From assembly GCA_900316985.1 (NCBI GenBank), contig ONFE01000040.1:1039-65038 (forward strand): a stretch of DNA of 64,000 nucleotides, in the 5' to 3' direction. The notes beneath the pieces were generated by a model, which did no database searches, had not been told where the DNA came from, and saw nothing but the letters and a program-made list of their open reading frames with translations. The DNA comes from an uncultured Prevotellaceae bacterium. GTDB lineage: Bacteria > Bacteroidota > Bacteroidia > Bacteroidales > Bacteroidaceae. Both the position numbers and the translations under genes were made by a program. Every line of letters starts with the position of its first letter. Position 1 is the first letter of the stretch. Shown in pieces: positions 20,454 to 29,492 of the stretch.

Positions 20454-22178
20454 TTATTTGTTTACGCGCATCAGCTCCATGTCCTTCTGTGCATAATCCT
20501 TCAGGGATGGGTCTTTCTGGAAGGCGCTACGCAGGAAGGATTCAGCCACGTCGAAATTACCCTGACGGGCGTTGACGATGGCGGAGAGATAATCGGTCAT
20601 ACCGTCTTTCTTCTCCACGTTGCGAAGGATGACGCTGGCGGTGGTGTAGTTCTTGTTGAGAAGTTCGGCCAAAGCACTACTGTTGTTGAAGGAATCTTTC
20701 AGATTCTCGGCAGCTTCAGCATAGTTGCCCTTAGCGATGTTGAGGTTACCGAGTGCTTCACCAATCTGCTTGGCTCCTGTGGCCTTGGCAATGAGGTATT
20801 CGGCATCTTCGATGTTACCATCCTTCAGGGCCATCAGTCCTAAGTTTGCGTACGCCTCGGGGATGGCTGTCTTGGAACCGGCGATATCCTGGAAGTACTT
20901 GGCAGCGGCCGAGTAGTTGCCTTTGTTGAATTCAATGACACCTACGTTGTTGGAAGCACGCTTGTCGTCGGGATAGATTTCAGCGGCTTTCTTGTAGATG
21001 TTTTCCTTGGCGTCGGCATCGCTTTCCAGCCCTGCAGCATAAAGGAGCTCTTCGATATTGAGCTGGGTGGGGTCGCTCTTGTACTGGTCCTTGATCTGCT
21101 GGTCGCTGCGGCCTACCACCTCGTAGTTGATAATCATACGGGAGCGGCGCAGTTCGGGCAGGATGCCGTCGGCCAGTTCACGGAAGCCTTCGCTCATATT
21201 ACGGATCTGCTGCTCACGCTCATAAGGATCTTCATACATGGAGAGCACGCGCAGGATGACATCCTTGTCCTGAATGTTGCTGGCCTGAACGAGTTTCTCG
21301 AATCCTTCCCAGTCTTCAGCGGTATAACCGCCAATGATGTTGGCGTTCATGCCTTCGCTGAAGAGTTGCTGGTTGACATAGTCTTCTGCAGAGAACTGAC
21401 GGCGGTTAGCGAGGTCATCGTTGAGAAGCAGTCCACCCTCAGGTGAGGCGTAGGCCTGAATCTCGACATCTTTCAGATTGAGCTTCTCGTGTTCACGGTT
21501 GATTTTCTTCAGCATGGCCACGAACTCCTTCACGGAATTGGTCTGGAGTTCGCTCTTGCGCAGATTAGCCTGATTGATGAGGAACTTCACCTGTGCTTCC
21601 TGCTTTTGGGCGGTAACGCGCTGGAAAGAATCGGGAGCCAGGCAGGCACCACCGTTGAGCATGGTCTTCTTATAAAGTTCTGAGGTGGCAATCACACCGT
21701 TGGCAATCTTCACGGCAGGAATCTTCACTTTCTTCTTGCCTATCTTGGCATCGAAGGCCATGAACATTTCGCTCTGGAGCATTTCGGGCACATATTTGAA
21801 CTGGCTCTTGATGGTATAGATGCCGCCAAACTTATAGCTGATGCGCTGATCGTTGCCCATCACTTTCTCACCTTGGAAACTGGTAGCAGTGCTGCGTGCC
21901 ACCTGTCCATTGCCATAGTGGAGTTCGGGAATGACGCTGACCACGGCCTTCTTATTCATATATTTAGCCGGGAATTTGCCATACACAGTGGCAGTTACGA
22001 GTCCGCCTTGTGTCTCCAGGGGACTAGGGGTTACGTCAAAATTATTGGCAGCCAATGGCCCCATACCGGAAGAGCAGGAAGAAAGAGCCAAAAAAGATGC
22101 TGCTGAAACAAAAGCGATTAGTAACCGATTCCTACAGGAATCGCTTTCAGAATACATGAATGAAAGAATTCTGCGCAT
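20454..22178 (-). CDS. OmpA-like/TPR outer-membrane lipoprotein
   Basis: Lipobox LSSC; OmpA-like segment (AYASPEGGLLLNDDLANRR); C-terminal TPRs. Start trimmed to MRRIL because the ORF-track start overlaps tRNA-Leu. Confidence 0.7.
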   Translation of the reverse strand: MRRILSFMYSESDSCRNRLLIAFVSAASFLALSSCSSGMGPLAANNFDVTPSPLETQGGLVTATVYGKFPAKYMNKKAVVSVIPELHYGNGQVARSTATSFQGEKVMGNDQRISYKFGGIYTIKSQFKYVPEMLQSEMFMAFDAKIGKKKVKIPAVKIANGVIATSELYKKTMLNGGACLAPDSFQRVTAQKQEAQVKFLINQANLRKSELQTNSVKEFVAMLKKINREHEKLNLKDVEIQAYASPEGGLLLNDDLANRRQFSAEDYVNQQLFSEGMNANIIGGYTAEDWEGFEKLVQASNIQDKDVILRVLSMYEDPYEREQQIRNMSEGFRELADGILPELRRSRMIINYEVVGRSDQQIKDQYKSDPTQLNIEELLYAAGLESDADAKENIYKKAAEIYPDDKRASNNVGVIEFNKGNYSAAAKYFQDIAGSKTAIPEAYANLGLMALKDGNIEDAEYLIAKATGAKQIGEALGNLNIAKGNYAEAAENLKDSFNNSSALAELLNKNYTTASVILRNVEKKDGMTDYLSAIVNARQGNFDVAESFLRSAFQKDPSLKDYAQKDMELMRVNK

Positions 22179-22199
22179 AATTAATAAAAGATTTAAAGG

Positions 22200-22285
22200 T
22201 GCCGCGAGCGGGACTCGAACCCGCACAGCCATCACTGGCCAAGGGATTTTAAGTCCCTCGTGTCTACCAATTCCACCATCACGGC
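22200..22285 (-). tRNA. tRNA-Leu (anticodon TAA)
   Basis: Reverse complement GCCGTGATGGTGGAATTGGTAGACACGAGGGACTTAAAATCCCTTGGCCAGTGATGGCTGTGCGGGTTCGAGTCCCGCTCGCGGCA; long variable arm; anticodon loop CT-TAA-AA. Confidence 0.95.
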
Positions 22286-22424
22286 GCGGTTTTGTGAATG
22301 CAAAGGTACGAAAAAGTTAGGATTAGGCGTGAGGAGTAAGGAGTTATCCGCTGCCGATTAAGTTTTTTTAACTCATGGTTAACGTGAGTATACTCCTGCG
22401 CTCTTAAACTCCCAAAGTTCTAAA

Positions 22425-23012
22425 TCAATAATAATGGTTGTTTACAAGGAGAACGACGGGTTGTCCGCTAGCGGTGGCAAAATAGCGTTCCAACCGACCG
22501 CCTTGGGGTGAGAGCCCGTTGTTGGTTAGGTCGTATTGCCGGTTGCATTGGATGCAGGTGGCAATACCAGAAGTGTTTACGGAAAGCAGGTTAAACATCT
22601 TACCGTTATTGTAGCAGTTAGCACAGCAGGCATCGTAGCAATAGAGGGTTCCACCGAAACCGTAGCCAACAATGATACCTGTCTCGTTGTTAAGGCCTAA
22701 AGCCAACGGGGATTGAGTCTCACGGGCTGCAAGTTTAACGGTGCTGCTGATTCCTTGATTGTTCTGAAAGTTCAGTTGGGAAGGCTTGGTAACGTAGATG
22801 CGGCAGAAAATATTGGTGGTCAGTCCTGTAAGGGCAGCGCCTATGGTCTGGTCCAAATGGCTTGAATTGTCATAGCGCAAATAAGCTGCATGATTGCTAT
22901 ATTCGTTCTCTATGTCACCGCAGGAGGTGAGATATAAAATAATGACGATGACCCACCCCCATCCCCTCCATATAGGGAGGGGAGTAGTATGCTTCTGATT
23001 AGGGTTTACCAT
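22425..23012 (-). CDS. Cys-rich lipoprotein with a Rieske-like C-terminal region
   Basis: Lipobox LTSC; CYDACCANC and CIQC..YDL motifs. Confidence 0.6.
   Translation of the reverse strand: MVNPNQKHTTPLPIWRGWGWVIVIILYLTSCGDIENEYSNHAAYLRYDNSSHLDQTIGAALTGLTTNIFCRIYVTKPSQLNFQNNQGISSTVKLAARETQSPLALGLNNETGIIVGYGFGGTLYCYDACCANCYNNGKMFNLLSVNTSGIATCIQCNRQYDLTNNGLSPQGGRLERYFATASGQPVVLLVNNHYY
22950..22985. repeat. GC-rich hairpin element, in-frame in a lipoprotein signal peptide
   Basis: GACCCACCCCCATCCCCTCCATATAGGGAGGGGAGT, encoding TPLPIWRGWGWV. Confidence 0.8.
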
Positions 23013-23015
23013 TAT

Positions 23016-24353
23016 TTATTCTTCTAAAAGTTTCTTTTCAGCCTCCGTCACGCGGTCGAAGTGGAACTCCGAAAGGGTGTGGTTCATCAGCGCCTCAATC
23101 TTGTCGTTGCAAAGGTTGCCGATACTGCCTTCGTGGGTGTGATGGATATGGTGGTCGGCCTTGAAGGTGCCGGCTTCAATATCGAGGCCCACTTTTTTAT
23201 AGGCGTCGCGGAACGGCATGCCGTTGGCAGCCAGACGGTTCACTTCCTCTACGGAGAATATCGGGTCGTACATTGGATTGTCCAGGATATGCTCGTTGAC
23301 TTCCATCTTGTTAATGATATAGGCAGTCATTTGCAGACAATCCTTCAGTTCGTCGAAGGCTGGCAGGAACACTTCCTTGATAATCTGCATGTCGCGGAAA
23401 TAGCCCATGGGCAGATTGTTCATGATGAGCATGACCTGTTGCGGCAGACTCTGAATCTTATTCGATTTTGCACGTATCAGTTCGAAGACGTCAGGGTTCT
23501 TCTTGTGCGGCATAATGCTGGAGCCTGTAGTGCACTCCTTCGGTAACTTCACAAATGAGAAGTTTTGGGAATTGAACAAGCAGGCATCGAAAGCCATCTT
23601 TGCCAATGTTCCGGCAATGGTAGCCATCGCAAAAGCCACGTTACGCTCCATTTTGCCGCGGCCCATCTGGGCATAAACCACATTGTAGTCCATCGAATCA
23701 AAGCCCAAAAGGTCGGTGGTCATCTGTCGATTTAGTGGGAAGGAACTTCCATAACCCGCAGCAGAGCCCAAGGGGTTGCGGTTGGTCATGCGGTAGGCTG
23801 CTTGCAGGAAAAGCATATCATCTGTCAACGACTCGGCATAAGCGCCGAACCACAGTCCGAAACTGGAAGGCATTGCCACCTGCAGATGGGTATAGCCAGG
23901 CATCAGGATGTCCTTGTATTGGTTGCTCTTCTGAATCAGTTCGTCGAAGAGCACTTTCACGCCTTCCGCAATCTCCATCAGTTCGTGGCGGGTGAAGAGT
24001 TTCAAGTCGATGAGCACCTGATCGTTGCGCGAACGCCCGGAATGGATTTTCTTACCCATGTCGCCGAGTTTCTGCGTCAGCATCACTTCCACCTGCGAAT
24101 GTACATCCTCGATGCCATCCTCAATGACGAACTCTCCGCGTTCGCATATTGCATAGATGTTCTTCAGTTCGGTCAGCAGTTGGGTGAGTTCATTCTTCTC
24201 CAACAGTCCGATACTCTCCAGCATGGTGATATGAGCCATGGAGCCCAGCACGTCGTACTTGGCCAGATAGAGGTCCATCTCGCGGTCTCTTCCCACGGTG
24301 AACCTGTCTATCTCCTTGTTCACCTCATAGTTCTTTTCCCAGAGTTTGTTCAT
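23016..24353 (-). CDS. argH: Argininosuccinate lyase
   Basis: HSGRSRNDQ, PGYTHLQ and GSSIMPHKKNPD signatures. Confidence 0.97.
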   Translation of the reverse strand: MNKLWEKNYEVNKEIDRFTVGRDREMDLYLAKYDVLGSMAHITMLESIGLLEKNELTQLLTELKNIYAICERGEFVIEDGIEDVHSQVEVMLTQKLGDMGKKIHSGRSRNDQVLIDLKLFTRHELMEIAEGVKVLFDELIQKSNQYKDILMPGYTHLQVAMPSSFGLWFGAYAESLTDDMLFLQAAYRMTNRNPLGSAAGYGSSFPLNRQMTTDLLGFDSMDYNVVYAQMGRGKMERNVAFAMATIAGTLAKMAFDACLFNSQNFSFVKLPKECTTGSSIMPHKKNPDVFELIRAKSNKIQSLPQQVMLIMNNLPMGYFRDMQIIKEVFLPAFDELKDCLQMTAYIINKMEVNEHILDNPMYDPIFSVEEVNRLAANGMPFRDAYKKVGLDIEAGTFKADHHIHHTHEGSIGNLCNDKIEALMNHTLSEFHFDRVTEAEKKLLEE

Positions 24354-24355
24354 TG

Positions 24356-24769
24356 CTAATCATAGTTAATCATCGCCAGCATGTCGGCAATCTTTTCCAG
24401 CCCTTCCTGAAGGGGTTTGCTTATCATGCCTTTGATGAAGGGATTGATGTCGGCCTTGATGGTCAGCTTCATCTTGCTGCTGGTCTCCGATGTGGGGAGC
24501 AGCTGTATCCACAGGTTAAAGGGCATCGGCGACTGTACGGTTTCGAACTTGATGGTCTTCGGTTCCTCGCGCTCGATGATCTGCAACTGAATCCTGCCCA
24601 CAGGAGCCACGGAGATGCTGATGCTGTCGGAAGTGAATTCCAAATCCTTGGCTTTGTCTTCTGGCAGACGGTCCTTTACCTTTTCTATATTACTCAGGTC
24701 ACTCAGCTTCTCATACACGCTTTGCTGCGAATAAGGAATCTGCTTGACGTTACTTTCAAATTTTGACAT
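24356..24769 (-). CDS. SRPBCC/START-like family protein
   Basis: Small protein between pyrE and argH (VYEKLSDLSN...GLEKIADML); start trimmed to MSKFESN. Confidence 0.7.
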   Translation of the reverse strand: MSKFESNVKQIPYSQQSVYEKLSDLSNIEKVKDRLPEDKAKDLEFTSDSISISVAPVGRIQLQIIEREEPKTIKFETVQSPMPFNLWIQLLPTSETSSKMKLTIKADINPFIKGMISKPLQEGLEKIADMLAMINYD

Positions 24770-24789
24770 GGTCGTTTGGTCTCTATATT

Positions 24790-25422
24790 TTATCCGTTCC
24801 AATGAGCCGGATCCTTACGCCATTCGTGGAGCAGTTCCACATCTGACTCGGCGATATAGCCCGTCTCCAAAGCCTCTTCCACTACGTGCTCATAGTCGGT
24901 TAGCGTGACGAGTTCCACATTGGCATCCTTGAAAGCCTTCTTAGCCACGGGGAAACCATAGGTGTAACTGGCCACCATGCCGATTACATCACAGCCGTTG
25001 TTGCGGATGGCTTCCACAGCCTTCAGCGAGGAACCGCCCGTGGAGATGAGGTCTTCAATTACCACCACCTTCATGCCAGGCTTCAGTTCGCCTTCAATGA
25101 GGTTCTCCAGGCCGTGATCCTTTGGCTTCGAACGCACATAGACGAAAGGCAGGTTCAGGGCATCGGCCACCAAAGCACCTTGTGGAATGGCACCTGTTGC
25201 CACACCGGCAATGGCCTCCACCTCAGGAAACTTATCCAGGATGACATGCACAATCTCCAGTTTCACGTAGTTGCGAAGTTCGGGGTAGGAGAGTGTCTTG
25301 CGGTTGTCGCAGTAGAAAGGTGACTTCCAGCCGCTGGCCCATGTGAAGGGATTGGCTGGCTGTAACTTGATAGCTTTGATTTTCAATAGTTTTGATGCGA
25401 AAGCTTTCTTTGTTGTATCCAT
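24790..25422 (-). CDS. pyrE: Orotate phosphoribosyltransferase
   Basis: WASGWKSPFYCD and PRPP-binding VVVIEDLISTGGS; start trimmed to MDTTKK. Confidence 0.96.
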   Translation of the reverse strand: MDTTKKAFASKLLKIKAIKLQPANPFTWASGWKSPFYCDNRKTLSYPELRNYVKLEIVHVILDKFPEVEAIAGVATGAIPQGALVADALNLPFVYVRSKPKDHGLENLIEGELKPGMKVVVIEDLISTGGSSLKAVEAIRNNGCDVIGMVASYTYGFPVAKKAFKDANVELVTLTDYEHVVEEALETGYIAESDVELLHEWRKDPAHWNG

Positions 25423-25569
25423 AATCTTATTGAATTCAGTAATTGGATGCAAAGGTATGAAATATTTGGGAATAAATAGGTATCGATAAGATTTTTTAAT
25501 CGAAACATGGTGGTATTTGATTTATTTTTGTAACTTTGTAGCCAGATTAACCCTTAAAATATTAATAAT

Positions 25570-25863
25570 ATGGCAAGTTTTTTATCAGAAATCCTTAAGC
25601 AGGGAGTGGCCGGACAGGTACTCCAGCAGATGACTGGTGGCCAGCAACCGGCTGCCCAGCAAACTACAACACCCAATGGAGCGCAGGCTGCCGGAACAAC
25701 AGAGGCTGCCGTCGCTCAAAACGATCCGAACGCCGCTCTTAAGCAGGCTGCTGCCGGTGCAGGCATGGGCGCTTTGGGACAGATGTTGCAGAATGGGAAG
25801 CTCTCCAGCATGGCCACCAGTGCCATGGGCCTGGTGAACAGTGTGAAGAATCTCCGTCGTTAA
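25570..25863 (+). CDS. Hypothetical Q/A-rich small protein
   Basis: ORF after an AT-rich promoter region, co-oriented with the TerB-like gene; no family recognised. Confidence 0.65.
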   Translation: MASFLSEILKQGVAGQVLQQMTGGQQPAAQQTTTPNGAQAAGTTEAAVAQNDPNAALKQAAAGAGMGALGQMLQNGKLSSMATSAMGLVNSVKNLRR

Positions 25864-25883
25864 CCTTTAAAGCAGAATCAATC

Positions 25884-26252
25884 ATGAATAAAATCGTAAA
25901 TGTAATCAAACTGATGGCTCAGACCGGCTTGTTCTTTGCCAACGTGGACGGACAATATGACAGTAAAGAGAAGGAGTTCATCGAGAATTTCGTTGCCAGC
26001 ATCGAGCAGGTCGGAGATCTGGAACCTGAACTGAAAGCAGATGTGACCGACAGCTTGAATCATACCTATGAGTTGCCCGCTATCATCGAGGCCACAAAAG
26101 ACTTGGTGGACGGTTTCTCCGATGAGGAACGCGCTGCCATTCTGGGCAGCATCCAGTCATTTATCGAACGGGTCATTGCCATTGATGGTGAGGTGCATCC
26201 CGCTGAAGAAGAAAGCTTCAAGCAGTGGAAGGCAGCCTTAGGTGTCGCCTGA
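25884..26252 (+). CDS. TerB-like protein
   Basis: Two TerB-like motifs, ANVDGQYDSKEKEFI and AIDGEVHPAEEE. Confidence 0.65.
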   Translation: MNKIVNVIKLMAQTGLFFANVDGQYDSKEKEFIENFVASIEQVGDLEPELKADVTDSLNHTYELPAIIEATKDLVDGFSDEERAAILGSIQSFIERVIAIDGEVHPAEEESFKQWKAALGVA

Positions 26253-26276
26253 TTTTTGCCACAAATACCTGTTGTC

Positions 26277-26912
26277 ATGAAGAAAAGCCTAATCCTCCTA
26301 TTATGTCTGCTTATGATGGGAGTTGTCGATGCTGACGCTCAGAAAAGAAGGACAAAGAGGGTTGTGAAGACGCAACAGACCGTCAGGAAAAAACAGAAAC
26401 AGCCTATGGATTCTGCCGTGATATTCGCCTATTGGGATGAGCACGGAGTGGTAACTACAGGCGTACAACTGCGCCGTAAGGGCAACGAATATCTACTTAC
26501 GGCAATAACGGTTGATGTCATCCGAATCAGTCTGCAGGAAGGTCTTGACTTCTCTAAAAGGAAAACAACGGAACGGATAGCCAACGGGTGGCTTGAAGAG
26601 GAAGTACGGTTTGCCGATTCTATCAGAATCTGTCAAATGCCAGGCATAGAAGTGAAAGTGCCGAAAGTAGTGGCAGACAAGGTTACGGAGATGGCAGCTG
26701 TGGGATACTCCAATCCACTGAAGGGTTACTATACTACCGAGAATGAGGAGAGGATGACCGGCGGCTCATGGTGGAACATGGAAATGCAGTTGCCTGGCAA
26801 GGAAAAGGTCAGTTCTGGCGGCAGGAACTCGAATGGTCCAAGGTGGGTGTTCGATGTGTATGATTACCTTTACAACCTGAAGGTAAAGAACAAGTGGAAA
26901 ACGAAACGGTAG
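26277..26912 (+). CDS. Hypothetical secreted protein
   Basis: Signal peptide MKKSLILLLCLLMMGVVDADAQ; no family recognised. Confidence 0.65.
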   Translation: MKKSLILLLCLLMMGVVDADAQKRRTKRVVKTQQTVRKKQKQPMDSAVIFAYWDEHGVVTTGVQLRRKGNEYLLTAITVDVIRISLQEGLDFSKRKTTERIANGWLEEEVRFADSIRICQMPGIEVKVPKVVADKVTEMAAVGYSNPLKGYYTTENEERMTGGSWWNMEMQLPGKEKVSSGGRNSNGPRWVFDVYDYLYNLKVKNKWKTKR

Positions 26913-26958
26913 CAAATGAAGTCTGAAGATAAAGAGAGATTTGTATGATTCAAATGGT

Positions 26959-27657
26959 TTAGCCTTTGGCAAAGGCGAGGCTGAGGACGCTGATACGTAT
27001 GTCTTTGGCTTTCAATAGTTCCTGGCCACAGGCTGTAGCGGTTGCTCCGGTGGTGACCACATCGTCGATGAGCAGGAGGTGCTTGCAGCTGATATTAGCT
27101 TCAGACATGAGTTCAAAGACATCGCTTACATTTTCATTTCGCTCCAAACGTGTCTTGTGGGTCTGACTTTCCGTGAATGTTTTTCGTCTGACGGCATCGG
27201 TGATGATGGGCAGATGGGTGATGGCCTGCACACCTCGCGCTATTTCCAGACTCTGATTGTATCCGCGTTGGCGGAGACGCTTGGGGGCCAGGGGAATGGG
27301 AATGAGTGCATCTATGCCGTCAAAGAATTGTTGGGACTGAAACTCACGGGCAACCATCCTGCCTAGAATCTCTCCAAATTCAGGATGATTGTTGTATTTC
27401 ATTTGAAGAATCACGCGGGTGACTTCTGATTTCGATTCATATAAGAACAAGGCGGCAGCCCGCTCTATGGGCAATACCCCCCAGAAACGGCGGGCCATTT
27501 CGTTGTCGTAGGCAGTAGCCGCATAATGGGTGCGGGGTAGGTGCAGGTTACATGGAGTGCAAATGACTTCTTCGCTGATGGCCAGCCGGTTGCCGCAAAT
27601 AGCACAGGAGCGGGGCGCTATCAAGTCGAGAAGGCGTGACCAGATGCTGTAAGTCAT
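26959..27657 (-). CDS. comF: ComF family protein
   Basis: N-terminal C-x2-C...C-x2-C, RGYNQS, PRTase motif LLIDDVVTTGAT. Confidence 0.9.
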   Translation of the reverse strand: MTYSIWSRLLDLIAPRSCAICGNRLAISEEVICTPCNLHLPRTHYAATAYDNEMARRFWGVLPIERAAALFLYESKSEVTRVILQMKYNNHPEFGEILGRMVAREFQSQQFFDGIDALIPIPLAPKRLRQRGYNQSLEIARGVQAITHLPIITDAVRRKTFTESQTHKTRLERNENVSDVFELMSEANISCKHLLLIDDVVTTGATATACGQELLKAKDIRISVLSLAFAKG

Positions 27658-27661
27658 ACTT

Positions 27662-28141
27662 TTAATCTTCAGGGTTCATTTCATCGGCTCCGTCTATGCA
27701 TTGGCGGATGAGTTCAAACGTGAAGCCGCGGCTGAGGGCGAACCTGATGAGTTTCATATTCAGTTCGTAATCGTTCTTCGCCTGGATGCAGCGGCGTTTG
27801 CTTTTCAATAAGGGGCGAAGCACGTTGAGGTATTCATTTTCGTCGATTTCATCGAGGATTTTTGTTTGAATGTCTTTGGTAATGCGCTTTTGCCAGAGTG
27901 CCTGTTCTATCTTCCGGCGTCCCCATTTGTTGTAGCGTATCTTGTCCATCACAAAAGCATGTGTGAAGCGTTCTTCGTCAATGTAACTGTTCTTGACAAG
28001 ATATTCCATCACGCGAGCTTGTTCCTCTTCGGACAGTTGCCAGCGTGTCATTTTGTCGAGCATTTCCTGTGAACAGTGTTCGCCGCTCGCGCAGAGGGCC
28101 GTGAGCGTGATGAGTGCTTCTTGTTCCGTCTTCTGTTTCAT
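27662..28141 (-). CDS. recX: Regulatory protein RecX
   Basis: YIDEERFTHAFV, KWGRRKI, RFALSRGF. Confidence 0.9.
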   Translation of the reverse strand: MKQKTEQEALITLTALCASGEHCSQEMLDKMTRWQLSEEEQARVMEYLVKNSYIDEERFTHAFVMDKIRYNKWGRRKIEQALWQKRITKDIQTKILDEIDENEYLNVLRPLLKSKRRCIQAKNDYELNMKLIRFALSRGFTFELIRQCIDGADEMNPED

Positions 28142-29004
28142 GTTCGTTTGGCTTTTATCATACGGTTTTTGCCGAATTGGTCTTTACGGGTTTCTACTTC
28201 GGAATAGCCCATTTCATCGAGCATTTTTATCAATTCCTGATGATAGGCGGGATTGATTTCAAAGAATAGCTGTCCGTTCTTTTGCAAGGCTTTATTTCCA
28301 TAATTAGCGATGGCACGATAGAAGAGCAACGGATCGCCATCGGGAACAAAGAGGGCTTGATGGGGTTCGTGGTCGAGTACATGCTGTTCCATTTCTGCAG
28401 CTTCTTTCTGGCAGATGTAGGGGGGATTGGAGATGATGGAGACCCACCCTAACCCTCCATGAGCAGGGAGGGAACTTAGCACATCAACTTGTTCGAATTT
28501 GACTTTGGCCTGAAGTTCTTGGGCATTCTCACGGGCAACCGTGAGTGCATCGGCAGAGATGTCCCAGGCCTCTACTTTTGCTTGGGGCATATCCAAAGCG
28601 AGGGTGATAGCTATGCAGCCGCTGCCAGTCCCTATATCCAAAATAGAGTAATCTCTTTCCTCTCTTCTCTCTCCTCTTTCCTCTTTCCTCTCTTCTCTCT
28701 CCTTTTCTTTCACCCATTGGCACAGCTCGTATGTCTCAGGTCTAGGAATAAGAACATCGGGAGTGACTCTGAATATGCGTCCGCCAAACTCTGCTTTGCC
28801 AACCACATACTGCACGGGTTCGCCATTCAGTAACCTTCGTAATTTTTTGCCCATTTCATCGGAAGGGATGCTTTCAGCAGCCCCACTGATGATATCGGCC
28901 ATGGAAAGACCGTAACCCACTTCCAACAGATAGCGTATAACAGCTTTGGCCTCACGTTCTGGATAGCGTGAGGCCAAAGATTTACAGAGTTCTTGATAGG
29001 TCAT
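28138..29004 (-). CDS. prmC: Release-factor glutamine methyltransferase (HemK)
   Basis: GEPVQYVVG, VLIPRPETYEL, LDIGTGSGCIA, NPPY. Contains a heptamer tract and a hairpin element. Confidence 0.95.
   Translation of the reverse strand: MTYQELCKSLASRYPEREAKAVIRYLLEVGYGLSMADIISGAAESIPSDEMGKKLRRLLNGEPVQYVVGKAEFGGRIFRVTPDVLIPRPETYELCQWVKEKEREERKEERGERREERDYSILDIGTGSGCIAITLALDMPQAKVEAWDISADALTVARENAQELQAKVKFEQVDVLSSLPAHGGLGWVSIISNPPYICQKEAAEMEQHVLDHEPHQALFVPDGDPLLFYRAIANYGNKALQKNGQLFFEINPAYHQELIKMLDEMGYSEVETRKDQFGKNRMIKAKRT
28441..28473. repeat. GC-rich hairpin element, in-frame in prmC
   Basis: GACCCACCCTAACCCTCCATGAGCAGGGAGGGA; encodes the LPAHGGLGWV segment just before IISNPPY. Confidence 0.8.
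28655..28703. repeat. Seven tandem heptamers (AG[G/A]A[A/G]AG on the coding strand) in prmC
   Basis: Units AGGAGAG AGAAGAG AGGAAAG AGGAAAG AGGAGAG AGAAGAG AGGAAAG, within the EKEREERKEERGERREERD tract. Confidence 0.9.
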
Positions 29005-29417
29005 CGGAAGTTGAAGAAGAAAAAGGCTCCGGCTCGTCTGCGGTCAACGCCCTGTGCCTTACCGATGGTGTTCCCGCTGGAGTTGCGGATGTCACCACTG
29101 CTGGTTACTTCTCCCATACGATTTCCACTCTTGTCGCGCACGGTGCCGTCGCTCTCAATTTTACCCATCTTGTTTCCGCTGCGGTCACGAACTGTGCCGT
29201 CGCTATCAATCTTACCAATGGTATTGCCGCTTGAGGAGCGTATTTCGCCGCTACTGGTTATTTGTCCTGCGCGGTTGCCGCTCTTGTCACGGACTGTACC
29301 ATCGCTTTCAATCTTACCGATAGCGTTTCCGCTACTATTGCGAAGTGTTTGGGCATCAACGGTAGTGGTGCAGGTGAAAAGGGCTGCAGCCATCAAAAAC
29401 AGTCTGAAGTGTTTCAT
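29001..29417 (-). CDS. Secreted repeat protein (5-fold beta-flower-like)
   Basis: Signal peptide then about 5.5 repeats of GKI[E/D]SDGTVRDxSGN; stop overlaps the prmC start. Confidence 0.7.
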   Translation of the reverse strand: MKHFRLFLMAAALFTCTTTVDAQTLRNSSGNAIGKIESDGTVRDKSGNRAGQITSSGEIRSSSGNTIGKIDSDGTVRDRSGNKMGKIESDGTVRDKSGNRMGEVTSSGDIRNSSGNTIGKAQGVDRRRAGAFFFFNFR

Positions 29418-29492
29418 TGTCAGTGGTTTTTTATGATTAATGCGTGGCAAAGATAAATAAAAACTTTCAATTGGCAAAGAGAATGAACAATT

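Noticed and set aside
22179-22235. N-terminal extension MMAVRVRVPLAAP of the OmpA-like ORF
   Set aside because: It is the tRNA-Leu sequence translated; the real start is about 22178.
17782-27657. comM and comF as a competence island
   Set aside because: They are unlinked, broadly conserved genes; no pilus or DNA-uptake genes are nearby.
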